A DNA stretch of 64,000 nucleotides from the IMG/VR virus record IMGVR_UViG_3300037827_000415, positions 18,867 to 82,866 of that record; one strand, 5' to 3'. The notes under the pieces are model-generated. The model was given only the letters and a program-made list of their open reading frames with translations. It was not told the DNA's origin and ran no database searches. This stretch comes from a virus. A program made the position numbers and the translations under genes. Shown here piece after piece: positions 9,737 through 18,479 of this stretch; the stretch's first letter is position 1; every line of letters begins with the position of its first letter.

Positions 9737-11202
9737 CGGTGCTCCTTAAACAGATTCTCTTGGATCGCCGTGTCCGCCTCCAGCATCTCCGCCTTGCGGA
9801 GCACGTTCGCGATCATCGGCTCTTCCAACTCGGTTGTCGGTATGTGAACGTTCAGAGCTTTCGTCGAGCCGACACGATTGGAACGCTTGACCGACTGCTT
9901 GTATTCCACGAGTGAGTCATGCAGTCCGTTGAAGACGTGCCGCGTGGCAATCTGGAGATTCAAGCCCAAGCCGAGCACGCGGCTTTTGCTGATCAGGATC
10001 CGCTTGTCGCCCCGCTTGAACTGGTCCAGCATCTCAATTCGCTTGTCGATCGGCGTGGACCCACTAATGCTGAGGGCCTCGGGAAACGTCTCGGCCATCT
10101 GGTCTTGCTCGTCGTTGTATTTGCACCAGACGATCGTCGATTCAGTCGGCCACGAATCAACAAGATCGCGGACGAACTTCGGCTTGAAACTCTCAATTCG
10201 CTTCCCGTCGTATTTCCCCTTCGCAATCTGGCCGATCTTCGCTCGCTGGCCGATGCCGCCGACCTCTGCCACGAACAATCGACCAGTGAGATCGCGGGCC
10301 GCGTCGCGTTGCTCTTGGCTCAAGTCGACGCGATGAATGTGGACATGGATCGGCGGAATCGTGCCGACATTGTCCTTCCAGCCGTAGGTCGCCGGATCGG
10401 CCATGAAGATGCACCAGTGGGAGAGATCGCGATAGAACCGCTCCATTGCGTGCGGCTTCAGTTCCCACCGCTCGCCCGTCTTTCCGCGGTTGACGAAATA
10501 CGTCGCGAGGAATTCGTTCGTCGTTTTGGCCACGTCCATGAAGACGGCGTGATTGGCGTAGTCGATGCGATCGTTGGGGGCCGGCGTACCAGTGCAGGCC
10601 AGCTTCCACTTGAGCCCTTGGCCCAATCGCAAAACCGCCGTCGCCCACTTGCCGTAGTGCGGCGCGAGCATGTGCGACTCATCGAGGATCAAGGCCCCGA
10701 GCCGCCCTTGCCGCAAGTCGTGGTTGAACGCTTCGTAGTTCGTGACACCGACGCCCATGCCGTGGTCGAGAAAATTCTGCACGTCGCCAGACGCGATTTG
10801 AGTGATCGGCAGTCCGGGATAGAAGCGGGCCGATTCTGCGACGGTCTGAGAAACGACCATCAGCGGCGAGACGATCAGGACCGGACGCATCCTGATTTGT
10901 TTTAGCACGTGCTGAGCAAATTCGAGCATGATGGCAGTCTTGCCCCAGCCCGGATCGGCGAACACAGAGAACTTCCGCTTGCGAATCGCGAGGCGTGCGA
11001 TGCCCGCTTGATAGTCGAACAGGAATGGACTCGGTTCGTAATCCGCATCCGTGGGCCGCGCTACAACATTGCCAAAAATCGCTGCGGCGTATTCGTCGGG
11101 GACGATGGCGTCCGATCCGCGGAATTCGTAGACCGGGCAACGACGCACGGCGAGGAATTGGCGGTAGCTTTCCAGTGATGACGTATCGAAGGTGATTCTC
11201 AT
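9724..11202 (-). CDS. SF2 (SNF2/DEAD-like) helicase
   Basis: Walker A ADPGWGKT, Walker B LILDESH, TGTP, GLGLNLQ, and Q...RSNRVG; likely start MRITFD. Confidence 0.85.
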   Translation of the reverse strand: MRITFDTSSLESYRQFLAVRRCPVYEFRGSDAIVPDEYAAAIFGNVVARPTDADYEPSPFLFDYQAGIARLAIRKRKFSVFADPGWGKTAIMLEFAQHVLKQIRMRPVLIVSPLMVVSQTVAESARFYPGLPITQIASGDVQNFLDHGMGVGVTNYEAFNHDLRQGRLGALILDESHMLAPHYGKWATAVLRLGQGLKWKLACTGTPAPNDRIDYANHAVFMDVAKTTNEFLATYFVNRGKTGERWELKPHAMERFYRDLSHWCIFMADPATYGWKDNVGTIPPIHVHIHRVDLSQEQRDAARDLTGRLFVAEVGGIGQRAKIGQIAKGKYDGKRIESFKPKFVRDLVDSWPTESTIVWCKYNDEQDQMAETFPEALSISGSTPIDKRIEMLDQFKRGDKRILISKSRVLGLGLNLQIATRHVFNGLHDSLVEYKQSVKRSNRVGSTKALNVHIPTTELEEPMIANVLRKAEMLEADTAIQENLFKEHRWQL

Positions 11203-11747
11203 GCTTTGCTCACATCCAGCGGCATCAACAGTCCTTCGCCGCCGTCGAAGACAAAGCTGATTGGGTTGAGCTCTTCGCCCGGCTGCGGAATGGCGATGCG
11301 TAGATTCGGAAGCGTCCGCATCAGGACGTCGTATTTCGTTGCAACGGTCGCGGAGCCGATCTTGACCTCTCTTGGGAAGTGCACCGTTCCGCTGCCATTG
11401 CAGCAGTCGCAATCGCAGACAACATCGTCGTCGTCGGCCCCGGAGCAGACTTCGCAGCAGCAGTGGCCACATTCGCCGCAAGCCCAGCACGGGACGGTTG
11501 TGTAAGACTTGTCCGTGACGACGAAATCGCCATCCATCTTGAACTGCCTGAAAGTGTCCGACGGGTCAAGGATGTTCTTCTCGCCCTTGGGAACCGTGTC
11601 AGACTCAGCCGTTTTGTACCGGACGCAGATTCGCCCATCGGTGGCCCAGAGGTAACCGGACTTGACGAACGGTTCGCTCAGGTCATATCGGTTCGATGCG
11701 TCACTCGCGAACTGATCGAACAACACCGATGCCGTCAGCAGATTCAT
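11199..11747 (-). CDS. Hypothetical protein with Cys-rich Zn finger
   Basis: WATDGRI, clustered CxxC motifs including CDCCNGSG, C-terminal GLLMP. Confidence 0.55.
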   Translation of the reverse strand: MNLLTASVLFDQFASDASNRYDLSEPFVKSGYLWATDGRICVRYKTAESDTVPKGEKNILDPSDTFRQFKMDGDFVVTDKSYTTVPCWACGECGHCCCEVCSGADDDDVVCDCDCCNGSGTVHFPREVKIGSATVATKYDVLMRTLPNLRIAIPQPGEELNPISFVFDGGEGLLMPLDVSKA

Positions 11748-11756
11748 TCTTCGCTC

Positions 11757-12047
11757 CTATCGCCGTCGCCCCTCGCTGATCTCTTCCGCCAAATCAATCT
11801 GGTCAATCCGCCGAATGACGTGCCGGAACCAAGCGGAAATCAGTTCGCACCGCGGCCCCATATCCTCCGGCCCGCAAAACGTCTCGTACGCCCGCTCAAA
11901 GACGAAACTGATGTTCCGCTTCGGATCCGCAATCGTGATGATCACCACGGGCGGATTGCCGCAGCACCACGACCTGACCTTGAAGCCGCGATCGGCGACC
12001 CGCTCCCGCAGGTGCAGGAATCGGGCCTCGCACTCTTCGTTGGTCAT
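11757..12047 (-). CDS. Hypothetical protein, probably leaderless
   Basis: ATG at 12047 lies 7 nt after the -10 box of the promoter at 12054-12083. Confidence 0.5.
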   Translation of the reverse strand: MTNEECEARFLHLRERVADRGFKVRSWCCGNPPVVIITIADPKRNISFVFERAYETFCGPEDMGPRCELISAWFRHVIRRIDQIDLAEEISEGRRR

Positions 12048-12177
12048 GTCCGCACCGTACCGAATCTGCCGTGGGCGAGTCAAATTTTTTCGGAATTGTA
12101 TACTTAACAAACCAAGCCAAGAAGGCAGATTGACAGGCCAAAACAGCGCAACTTATGATGCTGCATGAGGTTTCGTT

Positions 12178-12369
12178 GTGGCATCACGACCAGAATTCAT
12201 CAAAGATATTCGGGAACACGTCGGCCGGCTTTGTTCGTCGATTGATCGCGAACTCGTCGACGAAACTCAGCGTTTTTGCGACTGGTGGGTCAACTGCTAC
12301 AAGCCGGATTCCACCTTGCAACCAAGTCGCCCACCTCGGCGAGACGTTCCCGCTCATCGCCCCGATTGA
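12178..12369 (+). CDS. Small IS cargo ORF, convergent with and overlapping the GIY-YIG-like gene
   Basis: Preceded by TTGACA-N18-TATGAT (12130-12159) and a GAGG motif before the GTG start. Confidence 0.35.
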   Translation: MASRPEFIKDIREHVGRLCSSIDRELVDETQRFCDWWVNCYKPDSTLQPSRPPRRDVPAHRPD

Positions 12370-12613
12370 TGCGGGCTAAGATGTGGGTGGCCCCTTTCGC
12401 GATCGCGGCAGACTTTATGTCGCTCTCCCGCGTGCAGCAGTCTCTGAGCGAATCGCCTTGCCCAAAATAAAGCGATTCCCAGTGGCCCGGTTTCCATTCG
12501 AGTGCGAAAGCGAAGTTTCCCGGCTCATCGGCAAACTCGTTGTCTAGCGGGTAAATCCAGTACTCATATTCCCTTCCGGATTCGCCCGGATAAATAACCA
12601 CCGGTATAAGCAT
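12290..12613 (-). CDS. GIY-YIG-like nuclease-fold protein, degenerate (IS cargo)
   Basis: PGNFAF...LYFGQGDSLRD...E..L...WNPAC resembles small stand-alone GIY-YIG proteins. Confidence 0.5.
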   Translation of the reverse strand: MLIPVVIYPGESGREYEYWIYPLDNEFADEPGNFAFALEWKPGHWESLYFGQGDSLRDCCTRESDIKSAAIAKGATHILARINRGDERERLAEVGDLVARWNPACSS

Positions 12614-12625
12614 TGAGCCGGGCCG

Positions 12626-12793
12626 TCACTTCTTCTTTTTCGTCCGCCGCTTTGCCTTCGCCTTAGGCTGGGGGACCGGCTCGGTACTAGCCCCGCCCGG
12701 CACTTGCAGGAACTTTTCGAGAGCGGTCTCGAAAGGCAGCGGGTGAAGAGAGATTTTCTTGCCGCGATCGGATTCCGGTTCCGGTTTCGTCAT
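12626..12793 (-). CDS. 55-aa basic protein (IS cargo; not in the ORF track)
   Basis: MTKPEPESDRGKKISLHPLPFETALEKFLQVP...KKKK; resembles short ORFs I associate with IS1595 elements. Confidence 0.55.
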   Translation of the reverse strand: MTKPEPESDRGKKISLHPLPFETALEKFLQVPGGASTEPVPQPKAKAKRRTKKKK

Positions 12794-12849
12794 GCCGGCG
12801 ATTGTAGCCGAAGGGGACGGATTGAATCCAATTTTTCGCCGCGCATCCC

Positions 12850-12878
12850 TTGACGCGCAAATGGGGCAGATCTAGGCT
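12850..12878 (+). promoter_or_regulatory. Sigma70-type promoter for the hairpin-tRNA transcript
   Basis: TTGACG-N17-TAGGCT. Confidence 0.55.
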
Positions 12879-12892
12879 GCCCGCAGTGCGGT

Positions 12893-13002
12893 AAAAAACC
12901 GCGTTTGATTCTGAGCGAAAGTCGAAAGGTCAACACGCTTGAGGCGTTCCCGAGCCTCAGGCGTGCCTTTACGTCTTGGCTCGGGATTGAACGCGGTTTT
13001 TT
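12893..13002 (+). ncRNA. 110-nt imperfect hairpin leader upstream of the tRNA
   Basis: The two arms are complementary, and many differences form G-U pairs on the plus strand; ends in T6. Confidence 0.6.
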
Positions 13003-13039
13003 CGTTTCTAGAAGTGAGTTTTGCGGAGAGAAGAAAAAC

Positions 13040-13139
13040 GCCGGGGTGGCGGAATTGGTAGACGCATCGGCCTTGGAAGCCGACGGGGGCCTCTTGCTAA
13101 GGGATCACCCCCGTGCGGGTTCAAATCCCGTCCCCGGCA
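13040..13139 (+). tRNA. 100-nt tRNA with Leu-type body and UGG (Pro) anticodon; very long variable arm; no encoded CCA
   Basis: Acceptor GCCGGGG/CCCCGGC with A73; D arm GCGGAATTGGTAGACGC; anticodon arm TCGGC-CTTGGAA-GCCGA; T arm GCGGG-TTCAAAT-CCCGT. Confidence 0.9.
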
Positions 13140-13279
13140 TTCTCATTGTAAAATGCGAGAACCGTCAGCGGCAAACTGACGGTTCTCCTGTTCGCCGTTA
13201 GGGGGCGAACCATGCCGTAAAGTCGCGCGCATGGTACCGCTCTCGGTTTTGACACACAAGACAAAACGGGACCGGGGCC

Positions 13280-13750
13280 ATGCCTCTCGTGAAATGCCGC
13301 GATTGCGGATATTTAGCTTCGCGCATCAAGGCTGACAATTCGCCCGTGGAGGCGGTCAGTCGCGTTCGCGATGCGGGACAATTTAGTCTTCAAGAATCAA
13401 GAGAAGTTCTGTGTTACAGGGGCTTTTCTGGCTTTCCGGTCAACGGGACGCTAACAGATCGGCCGCTGGCAGTTGCTCTTGAAAAAGAAATCGCATGTCC
13501 TGAATTCACGGTTTGGCTCAAGGGCAAAACGCCAAAAGAGCACGAAGACATGAGCATCTTAGAAAAGGTACGGCAGGAATATAGACAGTCCCAAGAGGAT
13601 GCCGAGCGGAAGGCAGACCAAAAGGCAGACGCGAGGGAACGCAAAGAGGACTCACGCCACTGGCGCACGTTTTGGCTAGCGGTCGCGGCCCTAGTCGCCT
13701 CCATTGCGATCGGCATTGCGAATTTCGCGTTCACGCTATCGAGACGCTAA
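13280..13750 (+). CDS. Zn-ribbon/coiled-coil protein with C-terminal TM helix (IS cargo)
   Basis: CRDC at the N-terminus and FWLAVAALVASIAIGIANF at the C-terminus. Confidence 0.6.
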   Translation: MPLVKCRDCGYLASRIKADNSPVEAVSRVRDAGQFSLQESREVLCYRGFSGFPVNGTLTDRPLAVALEKEIACPEFTVWLKGKTPKEHEDMSILEKVRQEYRQSQEDAERKADQKADARERKEDSRHWRTFWLAVAALVASIAIGIANFAFTLSRR

Positions 13751-13756
13751 TTCGCC

Positions 13757-14725
13757 TCACTGAATCCCGCCCCACAACTGATCGATGCCATCTCGCAGAA
13801 TTGGCTGGCGATACATGAGACGTCGGCCAGCAATGCCGTTGATTGCGACGTCCATTCGCTGCGAGTCCTTCATCTTTCGATTGTTCCAGCGGAAGCTGAA
13901 TTCATCGACGTAGCGATGCAGGTGACGCTTGCCAATCTGGTGGAACGTGCCGTAGTGACCACGCTTGAGCAACGCGAAAAAGCTTTCGGCCGTATTCGTC
14001 GTCACGAGCGTTTCGCCACCATTCGTCCTGCGGACGTATTCACGCTGCTTGTGCAACGAGCGGTGATGGCCACCGGCAAACTCGCGGCCGACGTGGTTAT
14101 AGAGCGGCACTTCATCGGTGAACAAAGTCGAGTTGCGATCGGCGTATTTGAACAACACTTCTCGCAGCGTCGATCCTTTCAGATCGTCAACCGGCGTTGC
14201 GTGGGCTCGGCCGCCACGTTCCACGAGCAACGCCACTGCTTTTTTTGATGTGCCGCGTCCCGCCTTGCTGACGCCCCTGTACCGGGGCTTGCCGCCGACG
14301 TAAGTTTCGTCTGCTTCCAGCTCGCCCTTCAACGCTCCGGCCAGTGGCTCTTGCTTCATCGCGTACCGAATGCGATGGGCCATGAACCATGCGGTTTTGT
14401 AGGTCACGCCGAGCATCCGATGGAGCTGATGGGCCGACACTCCCTTTTTGCTCGCGGACATCAAATGCAGGGCCAGCAGCCAAATGCGAATCTTGATGTG
14501 CCCGCGTTCCATTACGGTTCCGACCGTCACCGTGAACTGCTTGCGGCACTTCGGATTCTTGCACTTGTAAACGCCGGGCCGCGTCGATTTTCCGGCCAGC
14601 TTGATCGACTCATTCGACATGCAATGCGGGCAGGCTCGACGCTCGCCATTCGCTCCCCAGCGGGTTGCCTCAAGATAATCGCGGGCCTCATCTTCTGTCA
14701 GCTTGCTGAGTTCGGCGAAATTCAT
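13757..14725 (-). CDS. IS1595-family (ISXO2-like) DDE transposase
   Basis: Zn ribbon CPHC...CKNPKC, HTH GVTYKTAWFMAHR, motifs EADETYVGG, LFTDE, TNTAESFF and YVDEFSFRWN; SD AAGGAG before MNFAEL. Confidence 0.95.
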   Translation of the reverse strand: MNFAELSKLTEDEARDYLEATRWGANGERRACPHCMSNESIKLAGKSTRPGVYKCKNPKCRKQFTVTVGTVMERGHIKIRIWLLALHLMSASKKGVSAHQLHRMLGVTYKTAWFMAHRIRYAMKQEPLAGALKGELEADETYVGGKPRYRGVSKAGRGTSKKAVALLVERGGRAHATPVDDLKGSTLREVLFKYADRNSTLFTDEVPLYNHVGREFAGGHHRSLHKQREYVRRTNGGETLVTTNTAESFFALLKRGHYGTFHQIGKRHLHRYVDEFSFRWNNRKMKDSQRMDVAINGIAGRRLMYRQPILRDGIDQLWGGIQ

Positions 14726-14799
14726 TGCGGGCTCCTTTGTTGACACCCGCATTATCGGTAATTACACTTGGTTTGTCAAGTATACAATTCCGAATTTTT

Positions 14800-16647
14800 T
14801 CAGTCGCCCAGTTCGTGCCCGTTCTTTTCCGCCCAATCGTCGCCGTCAAAGTCGAAGCTTGTGGCCGCACTGTCCATTGATGCCTCTGGCTTTTCCACGT
14901 GCAGTTTTTGCCGCGATGGCTCAAACCGGCATTTCACCGTGTGCTGATGCGTCGGCCGATTCTTGTTCTTCCCGATGAATACGAAGAATTCCTTTGGGTC
15001 GTGCTTCGCGTCGATCCGGTGCGGCCAAAGTAGGAATAAGATCACATCCGCGTCGCCCTCAATCTGCCCCGACTCACGAAGGTCCGACAGCTTTGGCTTG
15101 AACGTCTCCCGCTTCTCGACTTCTCGGCCAAGCTGGGCCAGTTCGATCATCAGCACTCCGGTTTCCGTGGCGATGTGCTTGAGCATCAGGCTGGTTTCGG
15201 TGACTTGCTCGTAGCGGCTGTTTTTCTTGCCGAGCAGCAGTTGCATGTAGTCCACGACTACGCAGCGAACGCCGTGATCGCGAACGTGCTGGCGGATCGA
15301 CTCGCAGGCCCGTTGCGGCGTGCCGCAGTTCTCGACGACGTAAATCGGGGCTCGCTCGTGAAAGTGGCCGTCCACGTCCTTGAGCACGTCCTCGGAACGG
15401 TGAACCCACGCCTCTTCATTGATCGGGGTTGAATACTGGATCGCCCGTTTGCCCAGCATTAGGCGGGACATTTCGTCTGAGATGATTAGGATCGGGTGTC
15501 CCTCTCCGGCAATGTTGTACGCCGCTTGAAGTGCGGTAGCCGATTTTGCATGGCTCGGCCTCGCCGCGATGATGACCACCTCCGGCGGCTGCACCCCGCC
15601 GCCGATGGCATAATCCACATCACCCAATCCAAGGCTGATGAGCCCTTGCTTCCCGTCCTTCAGGCTGGCCATGTATTCGCGGGCCGACTCGTACAGCGTG
15701 TTGGACGGCGGCGGTTCAGGCGGTGCCTCGTGCTGCGGGACTCTAACCCGGTCCCACTGCATCGGCTGGACGTTTTTTAAGTACCCTCGCTCTCCAGGCA
15801 CCTTGTCGGCCTGCGAAAGTTTGTGGCGAATCTCCCGCTCGTTCCACGGCGGATCGCACAGATTGGACCACTCTGCCATGACCGCGTAGGCGTCAGGCTC
15901 AGTCAGGTCGAACCCGAGCATCAGCGTGCAGGCCACGTGGAACGCCTTGTCGTGTCCCTTCTGTCCGCTCACCGCGATCGGCATCCGGGCGACGTACTTC
16001 CGGGCTCGTTCGACGATTGCCGGCTGGCCGTAGAAGTCTGTCGGGGCTGGTGACCCAAGAGTTTGCGGCTTGAACCACTCGGCACAATAGCGATTCAGGA
16101 CCGCTTGCCGCTCCATCGGTTCTTTGGGGAACTTGCCCACTCGCTTGCCCGTGACGGCGAAGTATCGCAGATGGTCGTAGACTTCGATGCCCGGCTCTTT
16201 CTCGCCGACCGTGGCGACGCCTTCGACTTTGATTTTCTTGCCGGAGTCCATCGGGGCTTTCGCCCGAATGAACATTTTCGCCCCCGTGCCGCTGGGGCTG
16301 AGTTCGGTGTATGTGTTGAAGTCCGACATGATTTGCCGAGCCCAGTCGGCCCACTCGCCGGTTTCGAGGTTGCGGCAACCGTCCAGGTCGATGCCGCAGA
16401 ATTCGTCTTCCGCGGTGAAGACGAATCCGATGCCCGACCATCGGCCGGTGATCCGATTGGCCGTGACGGCGGATTTGAAGTTGCACCAAGTCTGCGGATC
16501 ATTCGACTTGGCTAACTGGCCAGAGAACACGCTGTATGGGAGCTTTGTCGGCTTGTCGCCGTCGCGGGTCACGATTGTCCAGACCAGCCACTGACGAAGT
16601 TCCTGTAACGCTGTCGGCACGCCTTCGGGACAGACCTGGATCAGCAT
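14800..16647 (-). CDS. AEP (NrS-1-like) primase-polymerase fused to a DnaB-like SF4 helicase
   Basis: N-terminal GIGFVF, GIDLDGC, TELSPSGTG and IEVYD..RYFAVTG; C-terminal AARPSHAKS, VVVDYMQLL and LSDLRESGQIEGDADV. Confidence 0.85.
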   Translation of the reverse strand: MLIQVCPEGVPTALQELRQWLVWTIVTRDGDKPTKLPYSVFSGQLAKSNDPQTWCNFKSAVTANRITGRWSGIGFVFTAEDEFCGIDLDGCRNLETGEWADWARQIMSDFNTYTELSPSGTGAKMFIRAKAPMDSGKKIKVEGVATVGEKEPGIEVYDHLRYFAVTGKRVGKFPKEPMERQAVLNRYCAEWFKPQTLGSPAPTDFYGQPAIVERARKYVARMPIAVSGQKGHDKAFHVACTLMLGFDLTEPDAYAVMAEWSNLCDPPWNEREIRHKLSQADKVPGERGYLKNVQPMQWDRVRVPQHEAPPEPPPSNTLYESAREYMASLKDGKQGLISLGLGDVDYAIGGGVQPPEVVIIAARPSHAKSATALQAAYNIAGEGHPILIISDEMSRLMLGKRAIQYSTPINEEAWVHRSEDVLKDVDGHFHERAPIYVVENCGTPQRACESIRQHVRDHGVRCVVVDYMQLLLGKKNSRYEQVTETSLMLKHIATETGVLMIELAQLGREVEKRETFKPKLSDLRESGQIEGDADVILFLLWPHRIDAKHDPKEFFVFIGKNKNRPTHQHTVKCRFEPSRQKLHVEKPEASMDSAATSFDFDGDDWAEKNGHELGD

Positions 16648-16722
16648 TCGTTGCCTTTCTTATCCCGTACCGCATCAAGAGAAATTCGACGATTGCTTCG
16701 CCGATGTGCGTTGGTTGATTTG

Positions 16723-17658
16723 TCATGCGCCCTCCCGCGTGAGAATCGCGTCGATGGCCTCGTATGTTTGCGTGGGCCCGATGGTCAGGTCGTCAAGGGG
16801 ACCGCGAATCTCCTCCAGCACCCCTCGCAGCCGCTCGGCTTCAGCCTTCAGGTCCCGGTTGTCGAGCAGGGTTTGCTCCATGTTCTCAAGGCACTTGTCC
16901 TGCTCTTCGATGGTCTGCTGGGCGACCTGCAATTCGCGCTCGGCCTCTTCTGCCCGCTTTCGCCATGCGGCATGCATCTCGTTCTCGGTCTGGAGCTTGA
17001 TCCGCCACTCAAGCCCGCAGGTGCAGGCATCGTCGCTGCCTGGATAGGCAGGACAGTTCATGCCGTGCTTTAGCTCCACATGCCGCTCGGCTTCGGACGG
17101 TTGGGCGGCGGGAGCGTCGGCAAGAGATTGATGGGCAACGATGAAGTCATAGCGACACCACTCCCGGTACGGCCAAGCGATGTCAAAGCAGTCTTCGTGA
17201 CGGGCAATCACGGTGACGACGAACACGCGACCTTTTTTGTCGCGTAGGCGGTAATCTCCGAGCCCCGGCGGCGGCCCGTCATGCCACTCCCGCAGCCGCC
17301 GCTCCCGCGCGGTCGCCGCTTTGGCTCTGTCCAGCAGGTCGCGATTTTCTGCCTGAATGATTTCGATTGGAGCTGGCTGGCGACCGCACGATTTGCACGT
17401 CTCTCCCAGCTTATTCACCACAAAACACGACGGGCATCGCTGAAGTCCGACTCTTCTGCAATAAATGTCTCCGAGCGACATGGGGCCTTTCAATCGCTTA
17501 ATCTCGTCGGTCGCCTCTTTGAGCTTGGCGGCAAGGGCACGGTGGGAGTCGAGAAGTTGGTTGGCCTTTTCGTCAGTAAGCGTCAGCCGATCGCAGTTGA
17601 CGTGCTGTGCCATCTCCGCGATCCGGGCGTCGGGCAGGATGTCGGTCATGGTCTCCAA
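16723..17658 (-). CDS. Hypothetical multi-domain phage protein
   Basis: 311-aa ORF with coiled coils and Cys motifs. Confidence 0.5.
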   Translation of the reverse strand: METMTDILPDARIAEMAQHVNCDRLTLTDEKANQLLDSHRALAAKLKEATDEIKRLKGPMSLGDIYCRRVGLQRCPSCFVVNKLGETCKSCGRQPAPIEIIQAENRDLLDRAKAATARERRLREWHDGPPPGLGDYRLRDKKGRVFVVTVIARHEDCFDIAWPYREWCRYDFIVAHQSLADAPAAQPSEAERHVELKHGMNCPAYPGSDDACTCGLEWRIKLQTENEMHAAWRKRAEEAERELQVAQQTIEEQDKCLENMEQTLLDNRDLKAEAERLRGVLEEIRGPLDDLTIGPTQTYEAIDAILTREGA

Positions 17659-18275
17659 TCCTTCAAATCGTCATCACTCGGAACGCGAGAAATCAGTGGC
17701 TTTTGCCCGTTCGTTTTCAATCGATCATTGGAACGCATGAGCCACGAATAGAGGAATCGCCTCATCCCCTTCGCGGTTTTCATCGCCTTAGTTTTCGTAT
17801 GACCCAAGGCATTGTTGCATTCTTCTCGTACGTCGAGCCGTTGAAACTGCGTTTGCCATGTAGCGATTTGTGCCGTGTGCAAATCCCATCTTTCTGGCTG
17901 CCCCGCACAATCGAACGTCATCGCGACAGGAGAACTGTCGATCGGCTCACCCTTGGTCTTTGCTTTCAGCTTCGCCTTGGACAGCCACTTCGCCGCGTTG
18001 GGGATGCGGAGCCCGTCGTCGCCGTCCGCAAGCCAGCCCGCGTCCATGACAGCCTTCCAGAACATCGGCGACGCGGGGACCGCTTCATTCAGGTCGGCCA
18101 GCGTGAGACGCGGAAGGTTGCCCGCAGCGTCGGCGTTCTGGTCGGCCCAGATCCAAAACTCAAGCAGCGTGCCCGCGGCTTCACGGCGTGAAATCGACGC
18201 CTTGCGGGCAATCTCGATGACCTTGCGTTTCCGCGGCATCGAGTGCTCAATCGGGATCGACCGACGATCCGCCAT
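17646..18275 (-). CDS. Putative phage replication initiator
   Basis: EAAGTLLEFWIWADQN...AGWL...LRIPN resembles phage replisome-organizer N-termini; lies upstream of the primase-helicase. Confidence 0.6.
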   Translation of the reverse strand: MADRRSIPIEHSMPRKRKVIEIARKASISRREAAGTLLEFWIWADQNADAAGNLPRLTLADLNEAVPASPMFWKAVMDAGWLADGDDGLRIPNAAKWLSKAKLKAKTKGEPIDSSPVAMTFDCAGQPERWDLHTAQIATWQTQFQRLDVREECNNALGHTKTKAMKTAKGMRRFLYSWLMRSNDRLKTNGQKPLISRVPSDDDLKDWRP

Positions 18276-18479
18276 GCTGGCCGTCCGTGCCGCTTCGTGG
18301 CCCGAAGCGTGGGGGGGAATGAAAAACCCCAATCAGCCCACGCTCGGCCATTGGCAAGCGTCCCGGTGGAAACGCTCGCCCGAACGTGGACTGACAGGGG
18401 CTCAGGACTGGCTCTGTGTTATGCTCATCATCGTCCAATGGCGGGACGGTTCGGCGACAATACACACGAGAGGCGGGTC

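Larger units (their letters stand above)
12091..14792 (-). mobile_element. Complete IS1595-family transposon with cargo (2702 bp)
   Basis: 26-bp IRs cggaattgtatactt(a/g)acaaaccaag at 12091-12116 and 14767-14792 (1 mismatch); 8-bp TSD aatttttt at 12083-12090 and 14793-14800; internal IS1595 transposase. Confidence 0.95.

Noticed and set aside
9724-11490. N-terminal extensions in the ORF track (helicase, methyltransferase, protease, propeller genes)
   Set aside because: They overlap upstream genes; internal ATGs coupled to upstream stops are more plausible.
13040-13139. Reading the tRNA as Ser(GGA), as tRNA-Sec, or as a prophage att site
   Set aside because: The 5-bp stem TCGGC/GCCGA fixes the anticodon as TGG. 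There is no TCA anticodon or 8/5 fold. I saw no duplicated 3' end and no integrase.
12905-13201. 98-aa ORF across the hairpin and tRNA
   Set aside because: It overlaps well-formed RNA structures, starts at TTG and has no protein features.
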